Shown: piece after piece, positions 1 through 12,657 of the stretch
Layout of the letters: each line of letters starts with the position of its first letter
How positions within the stretch are numbered: position 1 is the stretch's first letter
NCBI RefSeq assembly: GCF_036321535.1
Contig: NC_087437.1
Location: 32,490,001 to 32,554,000 of the forward strand
Reading direction: 5' to 3'
DNA: 64,000 nucleotides
Source: Camelus dromedarius
Lineage: Eukaryota
Notes under the pieces: model-generated
Told to the model about the DNA's origin: nothing
Seen by the model: the letters and a program-made list of their open reading frames with translations, nothing else
The model's database searches: none
Translations under genes and position numbers: made by a program

Positions 1-1559
1 AACACAATCAGCACCCCCAAAGTCCCCTACAGTGAGTTAAAGCATCCTCCTTCTCAAAATTCAAAATTAAGTGGAAATTCAGATTAGTTTTGATTTATAA
101 CCACATTATGAACTATTTAATATTTTCAAGAAGTCATTCCCCGTGCCCATATTAAATTAATTTACAACAGAATATTATATAATTTATACATGCACACATA
201 TAATAAATTATAGCCCAACTATATAACTCTACATGTATAATTAATTACATTAACCATCTACATTTTAAGCCCACAATTAGATAACCCTTAAAGACAAACC
301 CGTTAGCATTTTTTAATAAATACTTGTGTTTGGAGCTGTTTAACAGAGCACCTGATAGCTGATAGAGCAGTGTTAACATCTGTTCCATTATTTCCAGAGG
401 ACGTTGGTTGAACGCAATACTATTCACATAAAATATGCATTTGTTCTAGACTGTCAAGTACCTCTATTATTTTATTAAAAAGTCAAAAAAGAATATAATC
501 AGACTTCATAATTTATGTGTGACATTTTCATTACAGAAAACTTTATGCAAAATTGAATTCCAAAATTTAATTTCCTGTGATGTTTAAATTACTTACTATC
601 TGGCTCCTCTCCAAACATCGTGATCATTGAAGGCCCCATATGAATTCTATTAAGGATACATTTTGCTGTTGCCAGAATATACAGGGTATTTTTCTAAGTA
701 ACACTAAGAGTATGCTTCTTAAATATATTTTGTGCCAGTTTAGTTTTTCTCACACAGGAAAGAAAAGCAGGAACTTTTCTTTCTTTAAAAAAAAAAAAAA
801 CCCACCGACAGATTTTCTCTGCTTCTCTCCTTCCCACCTGGCCTGTGACCTCTTATTCCTGATACTTTAACCCAAAAGAAGCCAGGCTGGTCCAGCCTTG
901 TCAGTTAGGGCTCACCACATCACAGGAGAATAACCAGGTTCCCTCTGGCTTTCTTTTTCTTTGAGACATTCCGCAGAAGAAGCTTTGTCCTGGGTAGAGC
1001 CCACGGTGGGGACATCTGACCCTCTCTCTCATCACCCACTTGATATGATGGTGGGTAACTCCTTCCCCATTCCCTTTGCTGCACGTCAGTGGGAGGAACC
1101 TGACTTAACATCACTCCCAAGGTGTTTTGAGAAACCTGAAGATGGCATGGCACCTCCCAGCTGCAAGGGGAAATAGGGCTGCTTGCTACCATTGAGCAAT
1201 AATTTAAGTAATGAGGCTTTGTGGGAAGGAGGGTACCACCAGCAGAGTTACCCTGATGTATTCTCTGGCAGAAGACAGACTTCCAAAATGGCATTTTAAG
1301 TGGGGAAATCATGGAACTGTCAGCAGTGAGGGAGGAGGAAAAAGTGTAAACGATTGTCCGTCAGTCAAGGGGTGGCAGGCTTCCCAGCTGAGGGCTGCCC
1401 TACACAGCCAGCCAGTAGTCCTGGGATTCGCCAGCCATCCATTCCACCAAAGGGAGTTCCAAGGCCAGGCACCACAAGATAGGCTTGGAATACAATGAGG
1501 TACAGGACAGGCTTCTTGCCTCGAACAGTTTGTAGTTCAGGAGAAGGGTAAACATCTTA

Positions 1560-1730
1560 CACATTTATGTAAAACTCTACAGCTTACAAAGTGATTTGAC
1601 ACACTGTTTCACTGGATGGTCATTTGCCTGTGAGGCAGGGGGCCAGGCATGAATCCATCTAATGAGAGAAATGTCTCACTCCAGTAATTTTTCAGAGGTT
1701 ACACCACAAGTAAGTGACCAGGCCTGGACA
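1560..1730 (-). mobile_element. MIR SINE remnant
   Basis: Degenerate antisense MIR core: ...cagcttacaaagtgattt...gaggttacaccacaagtaagtgacc. Confidence 0.5.
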
Positions 1731-2439
1731 ATCCACTAGAGCCCAGACAATCCACTTTAGTCAAATCCTAAGCTGGACTTCAATGGAGGAAGTCAGGAAG
1801 CCATAACATGTGTGTGTCCTGATACTGGGCAAGGAGGAGGACCAGCTCATGCTTTCACTCAGGCACCTTCCCGTGGCCCTCTGCAATATTAGAGCAGTAA
1901 CCTCAACTAAGATATTCATCCTTACAGCTCTTCTCATCCGTCTACTACTACAAATGTCTAGCTGGTCCCATTTGGGGCATCTTGAGGAGGTTACCCTGCC
2001 AATCTTATTCTCCCAGGAATGTTGTTACCAGGCTGTCACTCAGCTACCTGAAATTCCACCCCTGTGAGTCCTTTTTCCTCTTCAGGCACTCTCTTTGAAA
2101 AGATTGCCCTAGGAGGGCTCATACAGTTAAGCCATAATGGGCTAGTTAGACTCTATTGGGGATGAATTCATCAGATGCCTCTCTCTCAACCACCCAACAC
2201 CCTCAGAATCATTAACGATGCACTGCAAACACCCCACCAGGGCTTGAGAAAGTGTCTCCAGGATAGTTGCTGCATCCCTACTTGCACCCCCTCCCACTCA
2301 CAGTCCTGCTTTTTGTTGTTTAGACTTGGCTTTCCCAGCTGGTCTCTCAAGATCATTGCCTTCATCTTCCCAGTATAAGCTCTGCTCAGGCCTCCATTTG
2401 CCAAAACCCATCTTCTCACCTACTACCCAGGGTGTCTCC

Positions 2440-3830
2440 TTTGCTCTACAGAAAATCCTCTTGAAAAGAGCTGTCCGTATCCACTGTCTCTACCTCTTCT
2501 CGTTCCACTTTCCTCTCATGCTTTCTTGAAACCACATCAGTAAGGCTCCCTCAGCTCCTCTACAATGACACTGCTTTTGTCCAGTGACCTCCACCTTGGC
2601 CTCCAGATTGCCAAATTCAGTGGGACTTTATCGGTGTTTATCTTACTCTCGGCAACACATTGGACCACCATCACCTCCCCTTGAACATCTTCTCTTGGCT
2701 GCTGAGACACCTTTCTTGGTTCTTCTACTACACACAGTAGCTCTTCTCAGGTCCCTCCACTGGCTACTCCTCATCTCCTTAACTCATAAATGTTAGAATG
2801 CCAGCAGCATTCTCTATCCTCTCTCATTCCCTCAGCGACCTCTAGTCCCATGACTTGAAAGACCCCTCTTTATGCTGGAAGCCCCCAAATCAATACCTCT
2901 AGCCTCAAACTTCCCCTTGAATTCCAGACTCATCTATCCAACTTCCCACTCAATATCTTTACTTAGAAGTCTATGAGGTATCTCAAACTTAACATATCTA
3001 AAAGACCAGACAACACGCACACAAAATGTTGCTCTTTTTCATCTTCTCCACGTCAATAAATGGCATTTACATTTGGCCAGATGCTTAGGCTAAACACCCA
3101 GCAACATCCTTGCATCCTTTCTTTCTCATGCACCCACATCTAATTCATCAGCAAATTCTGCGACTCTCCCTTTGAAATGTGTCCAGAATCCAGCCACTCT
3201 TAACCACCTCCACCAAATCACAGACCCCAGGCTGCCATCATCTCTCACCTAGATTATTACAACAGCCTCCTATTCAGCTCTACCCTTAATCTTCCCCCCT
3301 CAACCTCACACAACAGCCAGAAGGAACATTTTAAAACATCAGAAACATCATGTCACTCAACTGCTCAAAGCCTCCCAAAGGTGCCATCTCTTCCTCTGTA
3401 ACCACCTTTCTCCCACTCTCCCTCCTCTGCCCACGCCAGGCCAGCTACTCTGGCCTCCTTGCTGTTCCTCAATATACCAAAGACCATCCCACCCACCTTA
3501 ATTCCTCATACTTTGCCATTTCCTCTGCCTGAAAAGCTCCTCCCCTAAAAATCCACAGGATTCATTCCCTTCCTCTCTTCAGGCCTCTCCTTAAATGTCC
3601 TGTCTTCAGAGAGGTCCTCCCCAACCTCTGTAAGAAAGCTTCCCCCATCACTTTCTACCTCCTTTGCTTTACTTGGGCCTTCTTTATAGTGCTAATCATA
3701 ACCTGACATGTTTGTTTCCTTTTTAAAAATTGTTTTTCTCTCTCCATTAGAATAAGGATTTTGCTGTTTTGTTCACAATGAAATCCTCAGCACCTAAAAT
3801 TCAATAAACATGTGAATAAAAGGATGAATG
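2440..3830 (+). mobile_element. L2 LINE (L2a-like) 3' portion
   Basis: C/T-rich L2 motifs (ctcaaacttaacatatctaaa, gtccagaatccagccactctt, ctggcctccttgctgttcctc) ending in an L2-type tail, tcaataaacatgtgaataaaaggatgaatg. Confidence 0.85.
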
Positions 3831-5419
3831 GGAGGGGGAAAGTTTCTGTCTTCAAACAAGGTATGAAGACGCTAACGTAAGGGCTTCATTTCAAAAATAT
3901 AAAAGGCAGTTTTCTTAATGAACCTGGGTAAGTTTCTGTTGCGGTGGTGGTAGTGGTTTCTTTTTGTTTGTAATCTTTGTATTAAACTCAGAACTACGCA
4001 CTGTTTAACCCTGCCAGCAAATATGAGATTCCCCTCCTGGTGCTGTGATCACTGTGGTGGCATCAACCAGGAAATGAATTCTTAATCATAGCATCTGCCA
4101 CGCACCCTTCACTTACAAGGCCACAAATGAAACTCCAGCTAGGCAATCTCCTTTCACTAAAATGTGGTTGGACCCAATAACTGGAGGCTGGCGCTCACAG
4201 CATATCGTTCTGCCCAATGCTGCTTAATCTTGACAAGCTTCAAGGTTTATAGTGCCCTAACCTCTAACGTAAACAGAAAAGCATGTGCTGGGCTACTTAC
4301 TTAGCAACCCACAAGCATTTGCGTTATACAAGTCTACCTGTGGGCTTTTCAGTGTTACTCCCTCAGTTCCTTGCCAGGCTAAAGGAGAAAAGATTTTTTA
4401 AATCTTTTAGGACTTCTGGTTACCACTGTCACTACCAGTTTATAACCTAATGGTACTTAATGTTGATGGAGAGGAAAAAAGGGACAAGTCATGTCAGATC
4501 CAGCTTGACCTACACATGAAAGGAAGGGTGAGAGAGAAAGGGGCAGTTTTCTTCACTTCCCAGAGGACTGAAAAGGAGGGACCAGGGAACTCTGGGGACT
4601 TGGTGGAAACAGCATTCGATCAGATGGCCATATGTCAACAACAGCCCAAGAACGTCTCAGAACTCCTGACCTGCTTCCTGTTCCAACCTGACAGGGCTGC
4701 AGTGTGATTTCCAGGTACCTGATGGGAGCCAGGCTGATCCAAATGTTGCGCCCTGTGAAAAGCGATTAACATTCCAGAACAAATGTGTTACCCGCAAGAA
4801 AGGCCACTTCCAGGAGCACCTGGCCACTGAGCCAGGTGCAGTTTGGTCCCCGTGACCTCAGGGAGACGCTTGCAGATCGGATGTCAACAGGTGAGAGGAG
4901 CAGTCACTGGGGCAGGCAATTTTATTGATGGAATTGGGTTTACAAATTACCCTCAAAACACACTAAAGCAAAATATTACATTCCCCATTCCCTAGTGGAC
5001 TCCTTTTGGATTTGAAAGAAGGAAAGGCAAAATGCCACCTTTCCTAACAACCATATTCCCACTACAGTAATACCTACTCAGAAGTAGACTGAAGGTTGTC
5101 AGAATCCACTATTATGAAGATTTGCCGGACAGATGCAATCTAAAAATCCTGGGAGCAAATAAGTTAATCAAATAAAATCACGAAATGATTACTACAAGTT
5201 GGAAGATCCAAAACACATCTATAGGCTGGCTCTTAGTGTGTTGGGAACTTCTTTTAAAGAATAAAGAATAAGAATCAAGTGTACTTTAAAAGCTACAACA
5301 CTACAAATATCTTTTAACATCCACATCCTGGTGGTAATTTGGGGTAGAGGTGCTCCCCTTGATTTCAGAGGAAGCAACTGCTCCCAGATAGGCTTGAGTC
5401 CCTGAATGGGCTACAAACA

Positions 5420-5552
5420 ATGGCCCTCAACTCTGGATGCACACTGGAATTACAAATTACACATTCCAGTCTCTACCAGCATTCCAGGCAATGGTATCTG
5501 TAAATATCCCCTTCAATGATTCAGTGAAGCCAGGGTTGAGAAACACTGCACT
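5420..5552. mobile_element. MER5-like hAT-Charlie DNA transposon
   Basis: ctcaactctggatgcacactggaat ... ccagggttgagaaacactgc, typical MER5A ends. Confidence 0.6.
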
Positions 5553-5581
5553 AAAAGAAGAGATCTTGGGGCTCATTTAGT

Positions 5582-5765
5582 CCAGGGTTTCTCAAACTTG
5601 TCTAGTCATAAGAATCACTGGGTGACTCATGTTACACATACAGACTACATGACACATTGCCCTGGACAGTCTGATTCAGTAAGGAATGGGGGAGGGTCCT
5701 GGAATCAATATGGTTTTACAAAGACCCCACAGGACTTTTATGACCAGGAAAACTTGTGACCCTGA
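5582..5765. mobile_element. MER5-like hAT-Charlie DNA transposon (second copy)
   Basis: ccagggtttctcaaactt...agaatcactggg...ctgattcagta...cctggaatc. Confidence 0.65.
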
Positions 5766-5807
5766 TTTAATGCACCTCCCCATTATAGAAGCACTCTGCT
5801 GTGATTC

Positions 5808-5918
5808 CTAACTGTAAGCTCCTCATGGGTGGAGCTCCTCCTGATGTGCCTTGATATTGAGCTCAGAGCCTCATACACATAGTAGGTGTTCAATAAATAA
5901 TTTTTGAATGAATGAATA
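5808..5918 (+). mobile_element. L2 3' end
   Basis: actgtaagctcc...acatagtaggtgttcaataaataatttttgaatgaatgaat. Confidence 0.75.
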
Positions 5919-7198
5919 GGATAATGGGAAAAGCAGGCAACCTGGTTTCAAATTTTTGACTTGGCCTCCACAGAGATCATATAAGATATTGTTTTCAAAT
6001 AATTTCCATTTAAAATTTCAGACATACAGTAGTCTCAACAGAAAGAAATTAAGGGCCAGAAAGGAATAGTGAGAAAGCCCACTTCACAGAGTTAAGGAAC
6101 AGCAGAATCAGACCTAACGCAAAGTTACCTAACTCCTGGCCAAGTCTACTCACCACTCTGCCACTGGGCAGGGGATTTTCTGGTAAGTGGCCCAGCTGAA
6201 ATCCTTCACCCAAACTAGTGTGGTAGCACTACCTCTTCAGGGAAGACATTTTTCTTCAAGTTGTCCCAGAAGCCTTTAGTATTTAGAATTCTGAGCTTCA
6301 AGCCCCTTGGTGAGAAACCAAGGTCTACCCCAATGGAAAACCTAGGTTCCAGCATTTTTCTACTAGAGCAGGACCGAGGAGGGGAAAGTGGGGTTGTACA
6401 CCTGCTGCTGCCTGCACCCAGCCAGGCCCAGCCAGGAGGGGAGGGGACACCAAGTGGGAATGGTCTGTGAGCTGAGGACTTGGTCATTATGCCCTCTCAG
6501 AGATGGATGTCCAAGGCAACTACATGAAAGAAATGCACTGGAGCAGGAATCAAAACGGTCAAGGCAATTTCAAGTACTCTAATTAGACTTTTTATTTTTG
6601 GAAAACTCTCTCAGTGTATGCTAAGTGTTCACACACTGCAAACTGAGTCATGGGAAAATTATCATATTAATGAGTTTTGGGGAAGACACTGAGACCAAAG
6701 CTCTCTCTTCATGATTGCAGCCTTACTACCTTCCGAGGCACCTGAAAGTACTTTCGGTTTTGCTAGATCCAACTCTTCTACTTTTTTAAGGGAGAAAAAA
6801 AAAGTTATGAACTGCAGAGCAAGAACCAGGGCATAGTAAGTCTATGGGTTGCCTGTGAAGCTTGGCACACTGTCACAAAGCCTCCGGGAAGTTAGTGAAG
6901 AACTGGCATCCTTAAAAGGTAAGTTCAGATACTTCCAATCCAGAATGTTAAGGTGGATGAGGATGCTGACATAGTTCCTCAGAGTGATGAGAGAAGCACA
7001 GTGTCAGTGCAGGCAGACTTTGATGAGATGAAGAGTCCAGACAGTGCAAAGGCATTCTACCTGCACTTCATGAGCGTGCTGTATGGGCTGAGAGCTGGTA
7101 TCAGGCTAGGTTCATTTTTTTCCCTTTAATGATCTCATGTTATTTTGGGGGATATTAATATGTCAAACTCAGGGAGAATGTAGTACTTAGATATTTAA

Positions 7199-7249
7199 AT
7201 ATATATATATTTATATATTACACACACACACACACACAAACACACACAC
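7199..7249. repeat. Compound (TA)n-(CA)n microsatellite
   Basis: Direct reading. Confidence 0.95.
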
Positions 7250-7748
7250 CCACGTTTGCAAAATCCATTGACTAATAATTGTGCTAAGATGCTAGGAAGG
7301 CCTTACTTTGTTCTTCTGAGTTCTGTTCCCTTCTTTGGCTTTCATGTTGCACACAGGTAGGGTATTCAAGAGTGGTAGAGGCAAACTAAGGAGTAGGAAT
7401 AGGGCAAAGTGACCTTCCACCACTAGAAAAAGAAGCAGAGCCCACGCCAGCCAATGGCATGTCAGGCTATAGTATCAGAGGTTTCTGTATCAGAGGTCTA
7501 GACTCTATAAATTCACTCTTTGGCTTCACTTCACTTGGCTATTAGGTAAAATACCACTTGAAATACATGATCATATCCTTTGCAGGCTTATTAACCTCAT
7601 CACCTAGTGCAGAGCTTTTCTCTTTAGCCTAGAATATAAGGCCCTGGCTTCATGCCTCATGTCCTCTCCGCCCTAAATAGTTTTCCCCTCCTTTTTTCCC
7701 TGGCGATCTCTTACTGTTCCTTCAAGATCAAGATGAAATACCATTTCA

Positions 7749-7910
7749 GTTAACTATCTTGATTGTGGTGGTAGTTTCATTGGTATATACATCTATCAAA
7801 ATTCACCAAATTGTACATCTTAAATACGTGTAGTTTATTGTACAGGAATCATATCATAATAAAGGTGTAAATAAATAAATATATACATACATACATACAT
7901 ACATACATAC
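7749..7910 (+). mobile_element. Short L1M 3' end with (TACA)n tail, flanked by TSD ataccatttca (7738-7748 / 7911-7921)
   Basis: tatcttgattgtggtggtagtttc...aaattgtacatcttaaa...aataaa is an L1M 3'UTR terminus; 11-bp direct repeat on both sides. Confidence 0.8.
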
Positions 7911-7974
7911 ATACCATTTCAATGTGGTCCCTACTCCTGGTCCCCATTTAAACAAGTTTCTTTCTGTGGGACTC

Positions 7975-8240
7975 ATGAGAGGCAGTGGGACATGGTGGGT
8001 GGGCGGGACATGGAGGAATAACAACTTTCAGAGACAGAGACAGCTCTGCAATTTACCTTGGACAAATTATTAACCTTCATGAGAATCAGTCTGCTGCAAT
8101 CTAGTGATCTATAAAAATATACACTGTGATCTATAAAAAGATACAATGATTTTTACCTGGGAAGATGGTGACAGTTAAATGAGATGATATGAAGAACCTA
8201 GCATAGTTTCCAGTATGTATCAAGGTATCAATAAATGTTT
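7975..8240 (+). mobile_element. MIR SINE
   Basis: accttggacaaattattaacct...ttaaatgagatgat...cctagcatagt...tcaataaatgtt. Confidence 0.7.
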
Positions 8241-9639
8241 CATCTCTTATGCTTGGCATAAAATACATATACAATACATTTATAGAATGAAGAAATTCCC
8301 ATCCAAGCCCTTAACACAGCTCTAAAGCTTTTGTCACATTCCAAAGAGATATGAGAAGTCAATATTACTTCTGAGTGTTTACCAGTCTCTCTCTTCCAAT
8401 ACATTTCCTTTTCTCTCTTTATCCTTTTTGCTCTCAAGCTTAAGTCATGGAACATAAATGGCACATGCATTCCAAATCTGACCTAGACCACAAGACCATT
8501 CCCAATAAGTCTGAAAACACAAATTTCCAACTTTGCAAATTCATGCAGGTCCTAGTGATCTCTTCCTTTTCTCAAAGTGCTAGTAAAGTATGCACTTAAT
8601 AACCTACCTTGGACCAACATCAGATTTGATGGTCCAGAGTTTAGAGACTCCTCTCTTCTCCTTGATTTCCCCAAAACGCAGGACACCTTAGGAAAAATAA
8701 CACAACTAAAATCCTATTTCTGATCCACACAAACCAAAAGATTAGGCTGTATAAAAGCTATTATACAGGAAATCTTCATAAAAATCCAACTATATTTCAA
8801 ATGAAACATTGATTATTTACCCATATCTATTTACAATTTAGTATTCTAGAAGATACATACTATTTGAGGAGATTAACATACTGCTTTACCTGAGATTCCA
8901 CAGGTACCCAACGATGCCCAGAGAAAAGGCCTACAGAGCACTGACGCATTTAATGTTGTTAATGAAATGTGAGTCTCACATTTGAAACCAGGGTTGGCCC
9001 TCTACTGATAAGGAACACTATCAGAATAGTAAAAGAGGCACCATATTGCCACATGGCCTCAGTCTGGATAGTCTAACATGGTGAACATTTGACACGCATT
9101 TGGGCTATCTAGCACCATTTCCAGATTAGGAATTTCCCACCTTAGGAAACCCACCTTGCCAAGATAGAGGTCAGAAACTGATTTTTCTGGCCTCCTTTAG
9201 TGTTAGGCCCAGGCCCATGGCCTAGGCTTGGGACCAGTAAATATCCTTTATTCAAATGAGTTACATTTCAAATGGGATGAGAGCGATGAGAAGAAACAAG
9301 TCTCCATGTGAAAAGCATCGTGACAGCTGATGGAGCATGGCAGGAGGTTGACCAACTCCCAGAGATAGCAGTAGGACAGGCCCAGTGCTGGGTCCTGTGT
9401 GGTGAGCTGTAACGCCTATGGCCAGTGGCAGTAGCAGCCGGGTCCCCCACGGAACTCTCCACAAGTGCAATCTGGGAATTGCTCCTGGTCATACAGCCTT
9501 TTAAGCCTGAGTCTCTGGCCCTTCTAGAGGCTCTGTTTGCCACCTAATTTGATTGAGAAATTTCTTTTTCTATTTGAACTACTTAATGATGATTCTGCTA
9601 TTTGTAACAAGGTACCCCAACTGATAAACAGATGTAACC

Positions 9640-9745
9640 AACTTGGGCAAGCCATTCACATATACAGCCCGGAATTTTCTCAGCTTAAAAATGAGGGCTT
9701 TTGGCTAAATTACCTCTAAAGTGTCTTCCAGTCCTAAAAATCTGT
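9640..9745 (+). mobile_element. MIR3-like fragment
   Basis: cttgggcaagccattcac...aaaatgagggc...ctctaaagtgtcttccagtcctaaaaatct. Confidence 0.55.
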
Positions 9746-9893
9746 ATTTATTTAACACTACAAGCTGATTTTTCAGGGTGACTTTTCAGGTCAATTCACA
9801 GACGAGCCTTCAGAGGCCTTGCAATTTGGAGAAGAAAACCAGCACACACCGTGTTTCAAAGTGTAGTTTTTGCCTACTAAAAATGATTGTGTT

Positions 9894-9988
9894 GGAAGGA
9901 CACAGGGTGGGGGTGTATAGTTCAGTGACAGAGCACATGGTCAGCATGCACGAGGTCCTGGGTTCAATCCCCAGTACCTCTATTTAAA
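9894..9988 (+). mobile_element. Camelid tRNA-derived SINE (Vic-1-like), short form
   Basis: gggggtgtatagttcagtgacagagcacatggtcagcatgcacgaggtcctgggttcaatccccagtacctc with Pol III A box and B box (ggttcaatccc), an A tail and TSD aaaaatgat[t/a]gtgtt (9879-9893 / 9989-10003). Confidence 0.92.
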
Positions 9989-10119
9989 AAAAATGATAGT
10001 GTTTCAGTAGCATCATGGTCCCTCTCACTCAACAGGCATTTTGAACAGTGTGTTAGGCCAACATTGTCCCCGTTAAGGAGGGGCACTGTATCACTATGGG
10101 AGACAAATGAGATAGGAGG

Positions 10120-10305
10120 AAATTAATATTTTCAGATATTATGCCCATGAAATAAGCACTATGCTAGGCACCACCATGTATGTGAATTGTCTGATGTTAA
10201 TCTGCAGAATAACCCGAGGTAAGAATAATCATTTTGATTTTACACAAGAGAAAACTGAGACCCAAAGCCATTAAGATATTTGTCCAAGTTCACACAGCAA
10301 GTGAG
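10120..10305 (-). mobile_element. MIR SINE
   Basis: gcactatgctaggcac...ttttacacaagagaaaactgagaccca...tgtccaagttcacacagcaagt. Confidence 0.75.
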
Positions 10306-11944
10306 CTTGGTAAGACTTAGTAAGTTAGAAGTAATACTTTAAAATACTGAAAGTATTTATAGTAAAGTAGTAAGATTATAAGTAATTTTAAAAATTCTTT
10401 CTCGATTTTTCAAAATTTCTATTACTCAAAATTTTGTTTGCTCAGTCAAAGAGGGCCTGCAAGTTGAAACTGTTTGCTTTAAAATGAAGAACAAGTTGAT
10501 TTTGTCTGAGTAACCTAGAAAATTCCTAATAAGGCTCATGATGAACTTCCCAAGAGAATGGAATCTTGAAGAGGGTTTCAAAGATGGGAAGAAAGACAGT
10601 CAGATGCATACCAAGAATGCAAAGATTCAATAAGGAAAATATACATTCTCATTTCCCTGTGCCCTTCCTCTTTTTAAAATAATTTCTCCTATTAACTCAA
10701 TTCGTTTACTAAAAACAGAAAACAAAATGAAAGCCTCACATCCTAATGTATGAGATGCTCTTGCAGGAAACTACCAAGCGTTTATTAAGGCCATACCATA
10801 CATGAAAGGGAGAAGGGAAGCACGAAGCCTGTTTCACATATTGTTACAAATCTGTAATGTTAGAATAAAAGGGAAAACTGATTCCTACCAATTATGAAAA
10901 TGTACAGGATTAAATCAATTGCTCTGCCAGATCTGACCACCATCTGGTCTGCAGCAGGGGCCAAATAGATCTCATTTGGGATATTTATGAAAAGTAACTT
11001 CTAAAACATAAATCAGGACTATAAAATCATCATCTGATTACCCCAAAATTTTAAAGCAGAGAAGAAAGTATATTCAAGTGTGAAATATGGTTTGGGAGAA
11101 GGGAGAAGGCAGGCGGCTTTAGCACAGAACAAGAAGCAAAAATCAAAGAGCAAGAAGAGGGAGGGATGAGTGTCTAATGCAGAAAATTTAGGCTGGGCCT
11201 TTCTGGACATGGAGCGTGGTGAGGAGTCAAAGCAACAGCTGCTTCATTTCAGCCCTTCTGCAACCCAACACTTTCATTTCAACTGATGTTTTAGGCCAGC
11301 TGAGAAGAGGCTTGGGGCCTGACTTACCCAAACAGTCATTTAAATTTGTTTTTTCTATTTAGATGTGGTCTTAAACCCAAGGAAACCTAAAGGAGAATTT
11401 ACGAACCCAAGTACAAGAGAAAGAAAATACTGGTATAGAGACACAGAGGTTTGGTTTAAACACAGTTGTAATTTGTAACACAAAGACGGACTAACTGCCC
11501 TGAAACTGCCCTGGGATCCGTATCAGGAAAACTACATGAGTTCTTTGAACTTCATGTGCCTCATCCTCTGTGATAAACTTGAATAGACAAATTCAAGTCA
11601 TAACCAGACCCCATTTTCCCAATTTCAAGGCCTAATTTTAGACTCAGCCTAGACAGATTTCTATGGTTATATTATTTTTTAATTAGATAATTTCAAAATT
11701 CTGCTCCTTTATCTCTTCCAAAATCATAAAAAGGTTTACAACAATCATGTCTTTAATGGGAGGGGCGAGGGGGGCGGGATGGTGGGGGCAGGCTCTGAAG
11801 GGGAAAGAAAAAAAAATCACTGAAAATAACTGCATTTGCAGAAATCTTTTCACTGACTGGAAAAGACTGAGCACTCCAAAACCATTATTAAAAATAAAAA
11901 AGATTGTTCTAAAGATTTTTCCAATTTCAAGATATAAAATTAAA

Positions 11945-12440
11945 TTAAGAATTAATTCATTTGACAAGTATTTTCGGCAGGTGCTACACATCATGTGCCA
12001 TAGTAGAAATGACAGACATAGAATGAGAAACATGTTATCCTCTTTGAAGGAATATACAGTTCAGTCAAGAGTATAAAGGTATAAGAAATTATTTCAATGT
12101 ACTGCGGTAATAGAAATGCGAGACTTATGCTCAGAGAGCTGTGCGGGCACAGAGAATGTGGGAGATGAAGAACGGCTTCTTGGGAGAAGTGGTGCCTAAA
12201 CTAAACCCTGAAGAGTAATCCGGAGTAAGCCAGGGGAGGAAAGGGGCTGTGCTGAGGGTGGCGATGGAGGCCTCTAGGAGGGGAAACAGCCTGAGCAAAA
12301 CCATAGAGGATTCCAGAAGTCTGGGGGGGTCGAGAGAACCAAAGGCCATTCAGTGCTTCTGAAGTTAAAAGTGAAAAGTGCGAAGTGGCAGAAGATGATT
12401 CCAGAAGGGCCAGATCAGAGGGAGCCCTGTTAAAGAGGAG
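11945..12440 (-). mobile_element. L2 fragment
   Basis: Starts attcatttgacaagtattt (antisense L2 tail), then purine-rich L2 body (aaggcttc-like, gggaaacagcctgagcaaaa, gggccagatc). Confidence 0.65.
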
Positions 12441-12657
12441 ACATATCTTTTCTCAGAGTTCATTCCCCACACCAAGGACTAAATGTCACTGTTATTTAGG
12501 AAGTCTAGAAGATGCTAAAAGATTCCATTTTCCACCAGCAAAAACAGCAAGGCAGATTCAGTTGCTAGTCATACTTACCCGCTTAAATATAGCTACAGAC
12601 CAAAGTGCTTAAAAGGTACCCAGAGTCCAGAGGGCCTAAGAGGCCAGATGATGCCAC

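Noticed and set aside
9261..9543. GC-richer minus-strand ORFs as an exon or retrocopy
   Set aside because: No recognisable protein, weak splice sites, no poly(A)/TSD
9905..9980. tRNA gene
   Set aside because: A/B boxes are present, but the A tail, TSD and second dispersed copy show it is a tRNA-derived SINE
10948..10968. CTCF site (gcagcaggggcca)
   Set aside because: Partial match only, expected by chance in 64 kb
12575..12632. Minus-strand exon with strong CGG|gtaagt donor
   Set aside because: Stops in all three frames from the plausible acceptor; no other support
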